NCBI GenBank assembly: GCA_964016885.1
Contig: OZ024743.1
Coordinates: forward strand, 24,738,001-24,802,000
Source: Eledone cirrhosa
Lineage: Eukaryota
Direction: 5' to 3'
Length of the DNA: 64,000 nt
Part shown: positions 63,901-64,000 of the stretch, piece by piece
Position numbering within the stretch: position 1 is the stretch's first letter
Layout: every line of letters begins with the position of its first letter
The notes under the pieces: model-generated
Told to the model about the DNA's origin: nothing
Databases searched by the model: none
The model's input: only the letters and a program-made list of their open reading frames with translations
Translations under genes and position numbers: made by a program

Positions 63901-64000
63901 CCTTGTTTGCTGTAGTTAACTGTGCTGACAGTTGGTTCTGTCCCTCCTTAGTCATCCCAACCTTGTTTGCTGTAGTTAACACTGCTGACAGTTGGTTCTG

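Larger units (their letters stand above)
1..64000 (+). repeat. 60-bp satellite / tandem repeat array, about 1,066 head-to-tail monomers, single orientation, extends beyond both window edges
   Basis: Every 60-nt line repeats the same consensus. The register shifts only at 1-bp indels: GACAG is at phase 1 at the start, phase 31 at 44731 and phase 27 at 63987. This matches 30 net +1 events, then five -1 events and one +1 event. No non-repeat sequence was seen. Confidence 0.99.

Noticed and set aside
37-63982. All ORFs in the supplied track as protein-coding genes (up to 1,615 aa)
   Set aside because: They are pure 20-aa repeats on both strands with no unique termini. Their ends coincide with duplicated indels or stop variants; for example ATCTAAACC stops both strands and is present 7 times. 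The number of open frames matches chance.
1-64000. CRISPR array (60-bp period with a partly palindromic segment)
   Set aside because: There are no unique spacers, the entire 60 bp is repeated, and no cas genes or leader are present.
1-64000. Antigenic-variation cassette library or diversity-generating retroelement
   Set aside because: Variants are sparse, of all substitution types and inherited in duplicated blocks. There is no adenine-specific pattern, reverse transcriptase, recombinase or expression site.
1-64000. Whole array as a sequencing concatemer or synthetic construct
   Set aside because: Nested, collinear sharing of rare variants across many kb indicates a real duplication history. 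Individual identical blocks could still be mis-assembled.

Overview
The whole 64 kb window is one uninterrupted head-to-tail tandem array (satellite DNA) of a 60-bp monomer, about 1,066 copies, all in one orientation and running off both edges. Consensus (+): GACAGTTGGTTCTGTCCCTCCTCAGTCATCCCAACCTTGTTTGCTGTAGTTAACTGTGCT (29/60 G+C, 39/60 pyrimidine, no CpG, one HpaI site GTTAAC). Most monomers differ from the consensus at 0-3 positions. I found no unique sequence, real gene, RNA gene, transposon or CRISPR spacer. The long ORFs on both strands (DSWFCPSSVIPTLFAVVNCA and MTEEGQNQLSAQLTTANKVG repeats) arise because the monomer length is a multiple of 3. They are broken by stops and frameshifts that were themselves duplicated. 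The informative structure is the pattern of monomer variants. It shows nested duplications (420 bp, 2,700 bp, about 2,880 bp, 6,065 bp, 6,966 bp, about 9,960 bp), spatially restricted variant domains, a stepwise-derived sub-family (TTGATTTCT) forming homogeneous runs, and indel-marked monomer lineages. The organism and chromosomal role cannot be determined from the sequence alone; a eukaryotic satellite is inferred. I do not find evidence for a new gene-based biological system.
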